From the NCBI GenBank assembly GCA_022848865.1, contig JAJISE010000001.1, positions 49,036 to 113,035 on the forward strand: DNA of 64,000 bases, written 5' to 3'. Shown piece after piece: positions 19,485-28,956 of this stretch (within the stretch, counting starts at the first letter, position 1; each line of letters opens with the position of its first letter). The notes below the pieces were generated by a model. It worked only from the letters and a program-made list of their open reading frames with translations, was not told the DNA's origin and ran no database searches. Made by a program: the position numbers and the translations under genes. The DNA is from Thermoplasmatota archaeon. Lineage in GTDB: Archaea > Thermoplasmatota > Thermoplasmata > RBG-16-68-12 > JAGMCJ01.

Positions 19485-19973
19485 ATGTATGGCCCTGCAT
19501 TGACATTGATGATGAAGACGAAACTGTTCTTCACTTCCAATGGTTGCCTACAAATCTTCGAGAGCGATGACCGCCTCTACGAGATACTGCTTGATGGAGA
19601 TCCTCTAGCCGAGGGAGACAACTCGGAGCTGCTGGAGGAGACCAAGGGACTTCTCAAGGATTACTTCAACGGCAATCCCGTCGATTTCGGCAGGCTGAAG
19701 CTGGATCTTTCCGGTTACACCGAGTTCCAAAGAGACGTGCTCGAGGCCGTGGCGGGCATCCCTTCGGGTGAAGTGAGAAGCTACAAACAGGTGGCTGAGA
19801 TGGTGGGCAGACCGAGAGCATACAGAGCCGTCGGGAACGCGGTCGGGAACAACCGCACGCCGATCGTCATCCCCTGCCACAGGGTGATCAGGAGCGACGG
19901 TTCGATCGGCCACTTCGGCGGTGGAGCGAGGTTGAAGAGGTTCCTCCTCAGGCTGGAGGGCGCCCTGGATTGA
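19485..19973 (+). CDS. ogt: Methylated-DNA--protein-cysteine methyltransferase (Ogt/MGMT).
   Basis: The active site PCHRVIRSDG, together with the HTH and NxxGxNxxPIxIPCHRV context, identifies the family. Confidence 0.9.
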   Translation: MYGPALTLMMKTKLFFTSNGCLQIFESDDRLYEILLDGDPLAEGDNSELLEETKGLLKDYFNGNPVDFGRLKLDLSGYTEFQRDVLEAVAGIPSGEVRSYKQVAEMVGRPRAYRAVGNAVGNNRTPIVIPCHRVIRSDGSIGHFGGGARLKRFLLRLEGALD

Positions 19974-20020
19974 TTCACTAGGTTTTTCTATCGCCATCCC
20001 ATTCGAGTCCGCGGGATACT

Positions 20021-21163
20021 ATGTCAGGCAATTCCACGGTTTGTGTGCACGCGGGGGAGAGGAAGGACGCGACTGGGTCTCTCGTCACGCCGATATACCA
20101 GACGTCCACGTTCTATTACCCCGAATGGCAGAAGGAATACGTCTACACGAGGCTGTCCAACCCCACGATAGAGGCCGCGGAGAGCAAGCTCGCCGCGCTC
20201 GAGGGCGGGGACGGATGTCTCGTCTTTTCATCGGGCATGGCGGCCATAACCGCCACGCTTCTCTCCGTTCTCGAAAAGGGAGACCACCTCGTCTCGATCC
20301 CGGACCTGTATGGAGGGACCCGTGTCCTCTTGGACAAGGAGCTTCCCCGCCACGGGATCGGGGTGAGCCTTGTGGATTGCGAGGATTCTTCCGCCATTGA
20401 AAACGCTCTCACACAGGAGACGAGGGCCATCCTAATCGAGACTCCGACGAATCCGCTACTGAGAGTCCTCGACATGAAGAAGATCGCCGAGGTGGCTCAT
20501 CGGAACTCTGCCATACTTGTTGTGGATAACACCTTCGCCACGCCGATCAATCAGAGACCCCTGGAACTGGGCGCCGATGTTGTCGTTCACAGCGCATCCA
20601 AGTACCTCAATGGACACAGTGACGTCGTCGCGGGATTCGCCGTGTCCTCGGAGGAATGGATCGAGAGCATCGAGCAGAGACGGAGGCTCTTCGGCGGGTC
20701 AACCGATCCGCTTGCCGCCTTCCTCATTGCGAGAGGGATGAAGACCTTGGACCTCAGGATGAGGGTCCACAATGAGAACGGGATGGCCGTGGCGGACGCC
20801 CTGGAAGACATGAAACAAGTCGGAAAGGTCCACTATCCTGGCCTCAGGTCATTCGGGCAACATGCGCTGGCAAAGAGACAGATGGCGGGCTTTGGCGGGA
20901 TGGTCAGCTTTGAGGTGGGGCGGGCAGCGAAAGACGCAAGGCAGGTTTCCAGGAGGTTCGATCTGGTAAAACTGGCCTCGAGCTTGGGAGGAGTGGAGAG
21001 CCTCGCATCCCTTCCACTGGAAACCTCACACAAGTACATCAGCGCGAAGGAGAGAAGGGAATCCGGAATCCCTGACAACCTGATCCGCCTGTCGATCGGT
21101 ATCGAGAACTCCGAGGACATAATCGAGGATCTTGAGCGGGCGATTTCTGGCGGCAACCGCTAG
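20021..21163 (+). CDS. Cys/Met-metabolism PLP-dependent enzyme (cystathionine gamma-synthase/beta-lyase/methionine gamma-lyase family).
   Basis: The PLP-lysine region VVHSASKYLNGHSDVVAG is present. The length is 380 aa and the fold is type I. Confidence 0.85.
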   Translation: MSGNSTVCVHAGERKDATGSLVTPIYQTSTFYYPEWQKEYVYTRLSNPTIEAAESKLAALEGGDGCLVFSSGMAAITATLLSVLEKGDHLVSIPDLYGGTRVLLDKELPRHGIGVSLVDCEDSSAIENALTQETRAILIETPTNPLLRVLDMKKIAEVAHRNSAILVVDNTFATPINQRPLELGADVVVHSASKYLNGHSDVVAGFAVSSEEWIESIEQRRRLFGGSTDPLAAFLIARGMKTLDLRMRVHNENGMAVADALEDMKQVGKVHYPGLRSFGQHALAKRQMAGFGGMVSFEVGRAAKDARQVSRRFDLVKLASSLGGVESLASLPLETSHKYISAKERRESGIPDNLIRLSIGIENSEDIIEDLERAISGGNR

Positions 21164-22332
21164 TCCGTCCAGCCCTCGGGGACCATCGGGGAGATTGCCC
21201 TGAGTTCCTTCACTATCTGCGGGAGCGTCTCGATCACGTAGTCGATGTCATCCCCCTTCGTCCATCTGCCCAGAGTGAACGCAATCGACCCGTGCGCGTG
21301 TTCTGGCGGAATTCCCATCGCGGTGAGTACATGTGACGGCTCGAGCGTCTCGGACGTGCACGCGGAGCCCGTTGCGGCCTGGATTCCTTTCATGTCCAGG
21401 TTCAGAACGATTGATTCCCCTTCTATGTAGCTGAGCCGGAGGTTCGCGTTGTTCGGAAGCCTCTTCTCGAGCCTGCCATTTAGGTGGCACTCCTTCACGG
21501 TCGAGGTCAGGCCCTTGACCAGCTGGTCTCTCATCTTGCTCAACCTTTCTGATTCGACGCCCATCTCCTGCGCCGCGATCTCGGCGGCCCTTCCCATGCC
21601 CACGATGAGCGGGACGCTCTCGGTTCCTGGACGGAGCTTCCTCTCTTGACGCCCACCATGGAGGAGGGGCACGATCGACGTTCCCTTTCTCACGTACAGA
21701 GCCGCGACGCCCTTTGGGCCATACAGGTCCTGTGACGATAACGATAGCAGGTCGATATTGTCCTTGGTCACGTCTATCGGTATCTTCCCCGCTGCAGCGA
21801 CCGCATCTGTGTGGAACGGAATCCCCTTCTCCCTTGCGATGTCCCCGATCTCTCTGACCGGCTGGATGGCGCCGACCTCGTTGTTCGCGGACATCACCGA
21901 GATGAGTATCGTCTTGCCCGTTATCGCATCCCTTACCTTGTCTGCATCCACGATTGCGCTGTCATCAACGGGCAGACGAGAGACCGAGAATCCGACCCTC
22001 TCGAGCTCATCGACCGCTGAGAGGGCAGCGGGGTGCTCGATGCTTGAGGTGACCACATGACCCCCTTCGCTCTTCCTCTTCTGGGCCATGCCCTTGAGCG
22101 CTAGGTTGATCGACTCTGTGCCAGTGGAGGTGAATATGATCTCCCTCGCTTCCGCCCCGATGAGGTTCGCCACCCTCTCACGGGCCTCCTCGACCGCCGA
22201 GTTCGCTTCGAAACCCAGTGAATAGACGCTCGAAGGGTTGCCGTATTTCTCAGTGAAGTAAGGCAGCATCTCCTCCATCACGCGAGGATCGACGGGAGAC
22301 GCGGCAGCATAATCCAGATAGACTCGCCTCAT
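21160..22332 (-). CDS. IscS/NifS-like class V aminotransferase-fold protein in which the PLP-binding Lys is replaced (SSQD in place of SGHK). The catalytic-loop Cys is retained.
   Basis: It aligns along its full length with E. coli IscS (HTDAVAAAGKIPID, LYGPKGVAALYVRKG, ATGSACTSETLEPSHVL). At the Schiff-base position, HK is replaced by QD. Confidence 0.8.
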   Translation of the reverse strand: MRRVYLDYAAASPVDPRVMEEMLPYFTEKYGNPSSVYSLGFEANSAVEEARERVANLIGAEAREIIFTSTGTESINLALKGMAQKRKSEGGHVVTSSIEHPAALSAVDELERVGFSVSRLPVDDSAIVDADKVRDAITGKTILISVMSANNEVGAIQPVREIGDIAREKGIPFHTDAVAAAGKIPIDVTKDNIDLLSLSSQDLYGPKGVAALYVRKGTSIVPLLHGGRQERKLRPGTESVPLIVGMGRAAEIAAQEMGVESERLSKMRDQLVKGLTSTVKECHLNGRLEKRLPNNANLRLSYIEGESIVLNLDMKGIQAATGSACTSETLEPSHVLTAMGIPPEHAHGSIAFTLGRWTKGDDIDYVIETLPQIVKELRAISPMVPEGWTD

Positions 22333-22376
22333 TCAACACCTCCGCCAAGGTTCAGGAACGACCGCTGGCATATTTA

Positions 22377-23285
22377 TCACTTGGGAAAGCTCTTTCCCAG
22401 AATCCTTGCCGTGTGATAGCCAGCGTCCATGATCATGATCACGTCCTCATCAGAAACACTGCTCAGAATCCTCTCGCGAGCACGCGTGAGCTTCTCGAGG
22501 TTCTCGTGCTCGGATTCGAAGAAGGTCGTGAGACATTCGGAGACGAACTCGGGAATGCCCGTGAGGGTCTCGTGGCCATTCTTCCCGCTCAGGTCGATGA
22601 GCGCCTCCAGGCCAGTGAGCATGTTAAGAGCTACCCCATGGAGGAGGAAGCCCAAGCCCGCATGAAAGCCGTTGTCGGTCTCGATGATGAAGGATGTTGC
22701 CAGCCGTCCAGCCTCGACGCAGTGCGCCCTGACCTCGTTCTCCAGCCTCGCCAGACCCTCCTTCCCACGGGAGAGCATTTCGGTGAGCTCTGCCAGCTTC
22801 TCCCCCGCCTGTCTGAGATTGTGAGCGGCGGAGCGGTACGTGTCGCCGTGTTCCAGCGATTGGGCGAAGTCCAGAACCTCCCATCCCTTGAGCCGTCCTT
22901 CTGACTCCCTGCCTTCCATTGGCGGTTCGAGCTGACACCCGCACACATCATCCAGGCAGTCATCGCACGCACCAGAGAGACAATGGACCATCGCATGCTC
23001 GCAATCGCACTTCACGGACCCCCACATAACGCGCGCGAGCGCTCTGAGGATCCGTCGAGCGTCCGCCTCATCCTCTGCTCTGCGCACGATTATCTTCCCG
23101 CCTTGAAAGGCGTGAATGCGTCTGCCGCCGGATTCCCCGTAGGCATAGCCCATCTCATCTGAGCACCTGAAGCGGTCGAAGAACTCGATGGTACGCATCA
23201 GATAGCACATCTGTTTCGGGTCGATGTACTCGCCGAATGTGCATCCTGATATCTTGCTCAGGTCGAATCTAGCTTCGAGAGTCAC
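22377..23285 (-). CDS. Hypothetical protein with a dense Cys cluster (CDCEHAMVHCLSGACDDCLDDVCGC). It lies 44 bp upstream of, and in the same orientation as, the IscS-like gene.
   Basis: The ORF is 302 aa with 8 Cys in 26 residues. I recognise no family. Confidence 0.5.
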   Translation of the reverse strand: MTLEARFDLSKISGCTFGEYIDPKQMCYLMRTIEFFDRFRCSDEMGYAYGESGGRRIHAFQGGKIIVRRAEDEADARRILRALARVMWGSVKCDCEHAMVHCLSGACDDCLDDVCGCQLEPPMEGRESEGRLKGWEVLDFAQSLEHGDTYRSAAHNLRQAGEKLAELTEMLSRGKEGLARLENEVRAHCVEAGRLATSFIIETDNGFHAGLGFLLHGVALNMLTGLEALIDLSGKNGHETLTGIPEFVSECLTTFFESEHENLEKLTRARERILSSVSDEDVIMIMDAGYHTARILGKSFPK

Positions 23286-23528
23286 GAATCCGTCTTCGGT
23301 GCAGGGGTTGATTTCGACTATGTCCTCGGGCGTTCCTCTCCCTCGACCGAGCGATTGCCCGGTCGTTATATAAGGGCATTCATGGAGGGGGCAAGGACAG
23401 TGAGAGGCTCAGCAGGCGACTCAAGGAGATACATATTAAATCGGCGTGTTCCATCTGCATCGTGGTTCCCCGAACGAAGGGATGATGCGAATCGATGGGT
23501 CAGTCGCCCACGTGATGGAGAGGAATCT

Positions 23529-24305
23529 GTGGACTTGGAACTGGAGACAATCGTTCTCATAATCATACTGGCGTTCGTATTCCAGTACACGGATGCCTCT
23601 CTCGGCATGGGCTACGGGACCAGCCTCACTCCGCTCCTGTTGGTCATTGGCTTCGGCCTGTTCGAGATAGTCCCCGCTCTCCTGCTCAGCCAATTCATAA
23701 CTGGGATGGTGGGGGGGCTGTTCCATCACTACTTCGGGAACGTGGACCTTAGCGTCGGTTCAAGAGATTTGAGGATTACAGGCGTCCTCACCTTGTTCAG
23801 CATCATCGGTGTGGCAATCTCAGTGGTCGCCTTCGTCAGCGTTCCCGAGGTGTACATCCAGCTCTACATCGGAATCCTTGTTCTCTGTATCGGCGCCGTC
23901 ATTCTCCTCACATTCGAGAGGACGTTCGTCCTGACCATGAAGAAAATCATGGGGCTCGGCCTTTTCGCGGCTTTCAACAAGGGTCTGAGCGGCGGTGGCT
24001 ACGGTCCGATCGCGACCGGTGGGCAGATCCTGTCGGGTGTGCACAGCAAAAGCGCGATTGGCATAGCCTCCGTGGCGGAGGGGCTGACCTCTGCTGTCGG
24101 GGCGGTTCTCTTCTTCTTCTTTGTACCTACTGCACAATGGGGACTGGTACCATGGCTCCTTCTTGGTGGATTGGTCTCCGTACCCGCAGCCGCATTCACT
24201 GTGAAGAAGATCCACGCAAGGAATCTGAGGGTCATGGTTGGCATTGCCATCTGCGCCCTGGGAATCGTGACGCTCGTAAAGGTGGCATTTGGATGGGTAG
24301 GGTGA
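23529..24305 (+). CDS. TauE/SafE (DUF81) family membrane exporter.
   Basis: Polytopic protein with the family Gly-rich motifs (GMGYGTSLTPLL, FNKGLSGGGYGPI). The start is GTG at 23529 after GGAGAGGA. The first roughly 58 codons of the track ORF, from 23355, look non-protein-like. Confidence 0.6.
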   Translation: MDLELETIVLIIILAFVFQYTDASLGMGYGTSLTPLLLVIGFGLFEIVPALLLSQFITGMVGGLFHHYFGNVDLSVGSRDLRITGVLTLFSIIGVAISVVAFVSVPEVYIQLYIGILVLCIGAVILLTFERTFVLTMKKIMGLGLFAAFNKGLSGGGYGPIATGGQILSGVHSKSAIGIASVAEGLTSAVGAVLFFFFVPTAQWGLVPWLLLGGLVSVPAAAFTVKKIHARNLRVMVGIAICALGIVTLVKVAFGWVG

Positions 24306-24309
24306 AGAA

Positions 24310-25137
24310 ATGACAGGTGATATCGAGAGAATGTTGGTGGCTGTTGACGAGAACATAGAAGGGAACATCGCGCTCCATTATGGGATCAACCTCGCACGCG
24401 TCCTAGGGGCGAAGGTCGAGGTCATCCATGTTGTGGAGGACGCCCTTGTCTACGCGGGCTGGGGCGCCATAGTCACCAAGACCAAGAAAGAGGTCGACAG
24501 ACAATTGCATAGAATGGACACGGAGATCTCGAAGTACCGAGAGAAATGGAAGATGGACATCGGTGTCAAGATCTGTGAGGGGACGTCCGCCTCGGCAGAG
24601 ATACTCAGAGAACTCCACGAGGAGGAGTTCGACCTCCTCGTTGTCGGCTCCCACGGCGCTTCGGCGGTGATGGAGTTCCTGCTCGGAGGCATCTCATCGC
24701 AGATAGTCCATCATACGAAGAAGCCCATCGTCGTCGTCAAGAAGATGAGAGATGTCGCCAACATTCTAATGTGCACGGCAGGGTCGAAATGCTCGTTCAG
24801 GGCCATCAGGTACGCGGCGAGCATAGCGAAGGCGGCAGGAGCGGAAGTGACCGTACTCTCCATCTCGCCGTGGAAGTCGAGCGAAGCCGTGAATCAAGCC
24901 TGGGAGTTCGCGCATGCGGGTGTCGAGATACTCAAGGAACACGGGGTGACCGCTGGAGAAACGGTCAGAATCGGCAAGCCCGCCGAAGAGATACTGGCCG
25001 AGGCGAGGAAGCAGGACTTCGATCTGATCGTGATGGGCTACCGGGGGACGTCGGCGGTTGCAGACATGCTTCTAGGAGAGGTGGCCTCCAAGGTGATGCA
25101 TCACTCGCTCAGGCCCACGCTGATTTTCCGGAAGTGA
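24310..25137 (+). CDS. Universal stress protein with tandem UspA domains.
   Basis: There are two USP ATP-binding signatures (VGSHGASAVMEFLLGGISSQIVHHTKKPIVVV and MGYRGTSAVADMLLGEVASKVMHHSLRPTLIF). Confidence 0.85.
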   Translation: MTGDIERMLVAVDENIEGNIALHYGINLARVLGAKVEVIHVVEDALVYAGWGAIVTKTKKEVDRQLHRMDTEISKYREKWKMDIGVKICEGTSASAEILRELHEEEFDLLVVGSHGASAVMEFLLGGISSQIVHHTKKPIVVVKKMRDVANILMCTAGSKCSFRAIRYAASIAKAAGAEVTVLSISPWKSSEAVNQAWEFAHAGVEILKEHGVTAGETVRIGKPAEEILAEARKQDFDLIVMGYRGTSAVADMLLGEVASKVMHHSLRPTLIFRK

Positions 25138-25145
25138 TCGCCACA

Positions 25146-27518
25146 TCAGATGCTAACAGTGAATGTGATGATAGTGGAGCCACCATCATCGTCGGTCACG
25201 GTGAGAGTGACTACATACGTGCCTCCGCCCGGGAATGAGTGAGTCGCGACATCATCTACTGAGATCGGATTCACGTCCGGGGACGGATATGGGTCAGGAC
25301 CAATTCCGTTGTTGAAGTAGGTTCGCGCCTCTGTGCTGTTGTCGCCCCAGTCCCACATGAAGGTGAGGTCATCGCTTCCTGGGTCATACGCGGATGCGTG
25401 GAACGTGAGGTTGTGACCCCCGAAGTACTCGTTCAGCCTCTCTATCTCCCATGTCCAAGTCCCGTTGTGCCTGACGTTGAACGTGTGATGTATCCTCGTG
25501 TCGTTACCGTCATCGAAGTCCAGGATTACCCAGGCGGGAGTGGAGCCCCATATCTGTCCGTTTATGGGATCGTCCATGGGCTTGTATAGTGCGAGGACGG
25601 AGTACTCGCTGGATAGGGATATGTTGAGACCGGACAAGGTGACGGCCTGATCGTCCGGACTACCTGGATAACGCACAATCTGCGCGTATGCGACCTCGGT
25701 TCCGTCCTCGTAGAGGAAGAACTCGACGTCGTGCCACTTCTCCCCTGCGATCCGGAAGGTGATTCCGGTAAGGATGCGCAGGTCGAGGTAGCCCAGCACA
25801 GACGGGGCGACGTTCGCTATCGTCACATCCGCCAACGCCTCCACCTCATACGTGCCATCAGTTACCCTCAATCTCACTGTCCCAGTGTAGTCATCGCCGA
25901 ATACATGGCTGTATGTCGGGCTGCTCGAGTAGTTGGTCTCGAAAACCCCATCGTCATCGATGTCCCACATGTATTGCAGGGGATCTCCGTCTAAATCATA
26001 CGAGCCGCTAGCGTCGAATGCCACCGTATCGCCCTCGTCCGCAAGGTAGGGACCTCCTGCATGCGGATCAGGCGGTTGATTTATCCTTATCTCATCGCCG
26101 GCTGAGTCCTGAACAGCCCATTCTATTCTAGAAGACGCCGTAAGTGAGATCGCATCGGTGGTTCCCGGCGGACCCCCAGGAACGTCCACGGCGACTAGGA
26201 CGTAGTAGGTTCCGTTTGTGTCCAAATCTGGTGTTATGTCGACCTCGGGCTCACCTGCGTCGTAGACGCCATTTGCGTTGGAATCTTCATATATCCCAGC
26301 AAACCATCCGAGAGTAGATTCACCAGTGAGGTCGTAGGCCTGAGTGACCCCCCTGTTAGTAACTGTGTGCGAGTAATGGTAGGTTGCGCCTCCAGGCACG
26401 TCTTCGTCGTGGTCTGGCTCTACCTCAGGTGGAGGATTCACAGGAAGTGGAGGCGTTGAACCGCATACGAAGACCTCGTATGTCGTTTCCAGGAAATTGG
26501 CGTTGTGAGCATCCATCCCTTTGACCTCATACTTCCAGAGGCCAGGAGACAAAGAGTAGTTGACAGTGTAGTCATCGTCAGCGAGATCTCCTATGCTGAA
26601 AATCTCCCATTCCTGGTTGCCGGAGGGGTTGGAGTTCAAGTAAGTGTTACCGTCTGGATCTGTGACAACAACGTGAATGTTCGGACTGATTCGATACTTT
26701 GAATCTGGATTGTCGTCCTTAGGCTCCCCCCAATTCTGCCCTTCATCATAAGGGGGAGTGTTGGGAGTGTTGGGATCGTCGGTATCGTAAATGTGGTCAG
26801 CGTCACCGTCGAGGAAGAAAACTCTGGATTTCGCTATTGGAACGTAAAAGTTGTAGCACCATTCGCCGTCGTAGGTGTTGTCCGGTGTTCCAAAATTCGG
26901 ATCGATACCAGCCTGAGGACCCCCAGCAAATCCGAACTCGTGACCAGCTGCAAGGCTAATCTGACCGGTCGTCCTGACCTTGAAGTCGTTCAGCCCAATT
27001 GAAGGGGTCCCGCCTTCCCACTCAGCAACGAACCTGTAGAAGTAGTTCCCGCTGGGAGCCTGAGCGTCGGGAGAGACCGAGAAAGACTCGGTGAACCAAT
27101 CATCATCTGGCAGAACACCGCTACTGCTACTCCAACTCTCGACGAATAAGGCGGTCGTTCCATTCTTCAACGGGTCCATGTAAAGGGTGAAGGTTGTTGG
27201 CAAGTCACCAACATAATCCCAATGTTGCCCAACATCGCCGTCGAATATACCCACCTCGAACGTCGACTCGTTCGCGGGAACGCCTATATAGGCCACGACC
27301 TTTGACTCTATTGTTTTATGTCCGGCTGACGCTATCAAGACAAACTTCCCATCGTTAGGATCGACTGATGGAATGCCTTCGTAGCTGCCCGACTGGATGA
27401 TGATTCCATCATCCGCGCTATCATCGGCGATGTTTCCCACACAAGCAAGCAGACTCCCTGTCAGTAACAAAGCCCCTATTGCTGTAACGAAGATCTTCTC
27501 ATACAAAGGAATACGCAC
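25146..27518 (-). CDS. Surface lipoprotein candidate with PKD-like domains. It is a paralog of the 5'-truncated gene at 1..1740.
   Basis: The signal peptide has a lipobox-like LLAC. PKD-like motifs are present. The C-terminal roughly 250 aa share IAGEKWHDVEFFLYE, HHTFNV, YDPGSDDLTFMWDWGD and GTYVVTLTVTDDDGG with the other paralog. Confidence 0.75.
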   Translation of the reverse strand: MRIPLYEKIFVTAIGALLLTGSLLACVGNIADDSADDGIIIQSGSYEGIPSVDPNDGKFVLIASAGHKTIESKVVAYIGVPANESTFEVGIFDGDVGQHWDYVGDLPTTFTLYMDPLKNGTTALFVESWSSSSGVLPDDDWFTESFSVSPDAQAPSGNYFYRFVAEWEGGTPSIGLNDFKVRTTGQISLAAGHEFGFAGGPQAGIDPNFGTPDNTYDGEWCYNFYVPIAKSRVFFLDGDADHIYDTDDPNTPNTPPYDEGQNWGEPKDDNPDSKYRISPNIHVVVTDPDGNTYLNSNPSGNQEWEIFSIGDLADDDYTVNYSLSPGLWKYEVKGMDAHNANFLETTYEVFVCGSTPPLPVNPPPEVEPDHDEDVPGGATYHYSHTVTNRGVTQAYDLTGESTLGWFAGIYEDSNANGVYDAGEPEVDITPDLDTNGTYYVLVAVDVPGGPPGTTDAISLTASSRIEWAVQDSAGDEIRINQPPDPHAGGPYLADEGDTVAFDASGSYDLDGDPLQYMWDIDDDGVFETNYSSSPTYSHVFGDDYTGTVRLRVTDGTYEVEALADVTIANVAPSVLGYLDLRILTGITFRIAGEKWHDVEFFLYEDGTEVAYAQIVRYPGSPDDQAVTLSGLNISLSSEYSVLALYKPMDDPINGQIWGSTPAWVILDFDDGNDTRIHHTFNVRHNGTWTWEIERLNEYFGGHNLTFHASAYDPGSDDLTFMWDWGDNSTEARTYFNNGIGPDPYPSPDVNPISVDDVATHSFPGGGTYVVTLTVTDDDGGSTIITFTVSI

Positions 27519-27607
27519 GTTCCCCTCCCCCTCCTTTCTAACTATATGAGCCTGGCTAAGTATTAATGTTTTCCCCTGGACCGTTGTGGACTTCGTAATC
27601 CAGATCG

Positions 27608-27639
27608 AAAAAAGGGGAAAGGTGGGGACTTGCGTCCCC
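27608..27639 (-). terminator. Perfect hairpin (GGGGAC-GCAA-GTCCCC on the minus strand) followed by a CCTTTCCCCTTTTTT run, downstream of the small Q/N-rich protein gene.
   Basis: The inverted repeat lies at 27624-27639 and the A6 run on the plus strand (T6 on minus) at 27608-27613. Confidence 0.45.
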
Positions 27640-27666
27640 TTCTAGAGTGGGTGAGCTTGCGTTGTT

Positions 27667-28083
27667 CTACGGTCCGTCAGGTCCTGGCCCTGGCCTCTCG
27701 TGATCCTGATCGCGGTGCCTAAACCTATCCTGACTCTGGTCGCAGTCCGGATCGTTGGGATTCTCCCCCTCGTTCTTGTACTGATGCTTGAACTGGTTTC
27801 CGTCGTTGTCGCAGGTCTCGTTGTACTTGTACTGGTACTGGAACCTGTTCTGGCTCATGTCCTGGTTCTGCGACTCTTGGGCACCGTCCTCGTTGTGCTG
27901 GTACTGCGGTTTGTATTGGTGTTTCCACTCGTTACCGTTCGCGCAGTTGTTCTGCTCCCCCAGGTCTGATATCTGGTCGTCTGCGTTGCTCCCCGTGACC
28001 GAGGCGGAATCGAGCGCAAAGGCCGTCCCTACTGTTCCCAACAGGGCGATTGCCGCAAAGGCCGCTATTATTTTTGCCTTCAT
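27667..28083 (-). CDS. Small secreted low-complexity protein, Q/N/D/Y-rich, with a reiterated QYK/HQYK motif and a C-terminal PGPGPDGP.
   Basis: The signal peptide is MKAKIIAAFAAIALLGTVGTAFA. A textbook SD (AGGAGGTGA, 6 nt before the ATG) precedes it. The repeats are KHQYKPQYQHNEDG, RFQYQYKYNE and QFKHQYKNEGE. Confidence 0.55.
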   Translation of the reverse strand: MKAKIIAAFAAIALLGTVGTAFALDSASVTGSNADDQISDLGEQNNCANGNEWKHQYKPQYQHNEDGAQESQNQDMSQNRFQYQYKYNETCDNDGNQFKHQYKNEGENPNDPDCDQSQDRFRHRDQDHERPGPGPDGP

Positions 28084-28204
28084 TCTTTCACCTCCTGGTT
28101 GGAGGTCCTCCTCGCAACCATTGTCCTCTTCATCGGCTGAAACGACCTATCATACCTTCGTGGAACCGGTTTCAAAAAGTGAAAAGCTCGTGAAATCGGG
28201 CAGA

Positions 28205-28777
28205 TTACTGCGTCTTAGCGAGCGTGATCTTGTTGGTGTAGCCGTGCCTTACTTTCGAGATGAGCCCCCTTTCCTCCAACTTGTCGATGATCCTCGAGAC
28301 CTTGGCCTTGGAGAACGGCACCGCTGAGACGATGTCCTTCTGAAGGATTTCCCCTCCACCATCAACGACCTTGCGATATACTCTCCTTTCATCCCCCTCG
28401 AGTAACCTCAAGGCCATCTGCTCAAAGGACACGGAAGGCTCCTCGTCGGGGGGGGAAGGGATTTCTGGCGGGATGTCGCTCCTGAGAGCTTCCTTTCCCT
28501 TGATGCTTATGACCGCAAGATCCGGGTAGAGCTTGGTCACGCTCCTCTTCTCCGGTGCCCTGGTGGGCATGACAAGATAGACAAGAGAGAGGACGATAAG
28601 TATGACTCCGACCGTGATCGTAACCCATCCGACGCTCGTGAGAGAATCCTCCCCGGTCATCCAATGACCGCGGCCGCTACCGGTCTCGGTCACGAAATAC
28701 GTGAGGGCTATCAAGATGAGGACTATGCCGACAACTATTCCAATCCCGGAGACGGCCAACTTCCTCTTGAGAGCCAT
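28205..28777 (-). CDS. Membrane-anchored winged-helix (MarR/ArsR-like) transcriptional regulator.
   Basis: Two N-terminal TM helices are followed by a C-terminal wHTH (ILQKDIVSAVPFSKAKVSRIIDKLEERGLISKVRHGYTNKI). Confidence 0.55.
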   Translation of the reverse strand: MALKRKLAVSGIGIVVGIVLILIALTYFVTETGSGRGHWMTGEDSLTSVGWVTITVGVILIVLSLVYLVMPTRAPEKRSVTKLYPDLAVISIKGKEALRSDIPPEIPSPPDEEPSVSFEQMALRLLEGDERRVYRKVVDGGGEILQKDIVSAVPFSKAKVSRIIDKLEERGLISKVRHGYTNKITLAKTQ

Positions 28778-28956
28778 GTCACTTCGTTAATATCTCTGGG
28801 ACGTATATCAAACTTCCCGGCCTTGTGTGTTCGAGAGAGCCGACAACGATGGGTTTCCGGTGCCAAGAAAAGGTATTTGTAGGGACTCGGCAATACCTTG
28901 TCTCCCTTCTCGCATCCGGCGCGGAAGGGCGTTTTCGCATTCTCAGGGGGAGAGGC

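Noticed and set aside
23355-23528. The upstream 58 codons of the TauE/SafE ORF (MPGRYIRAFMEGARTVRGSAGDSRRY...).
   Set aside because: The composition is non-membrane and non-protein-like. The family's first TM helix begins right after a GTG with an SD at 23529. The extension would also leave only 70 bp to the divergent gene.
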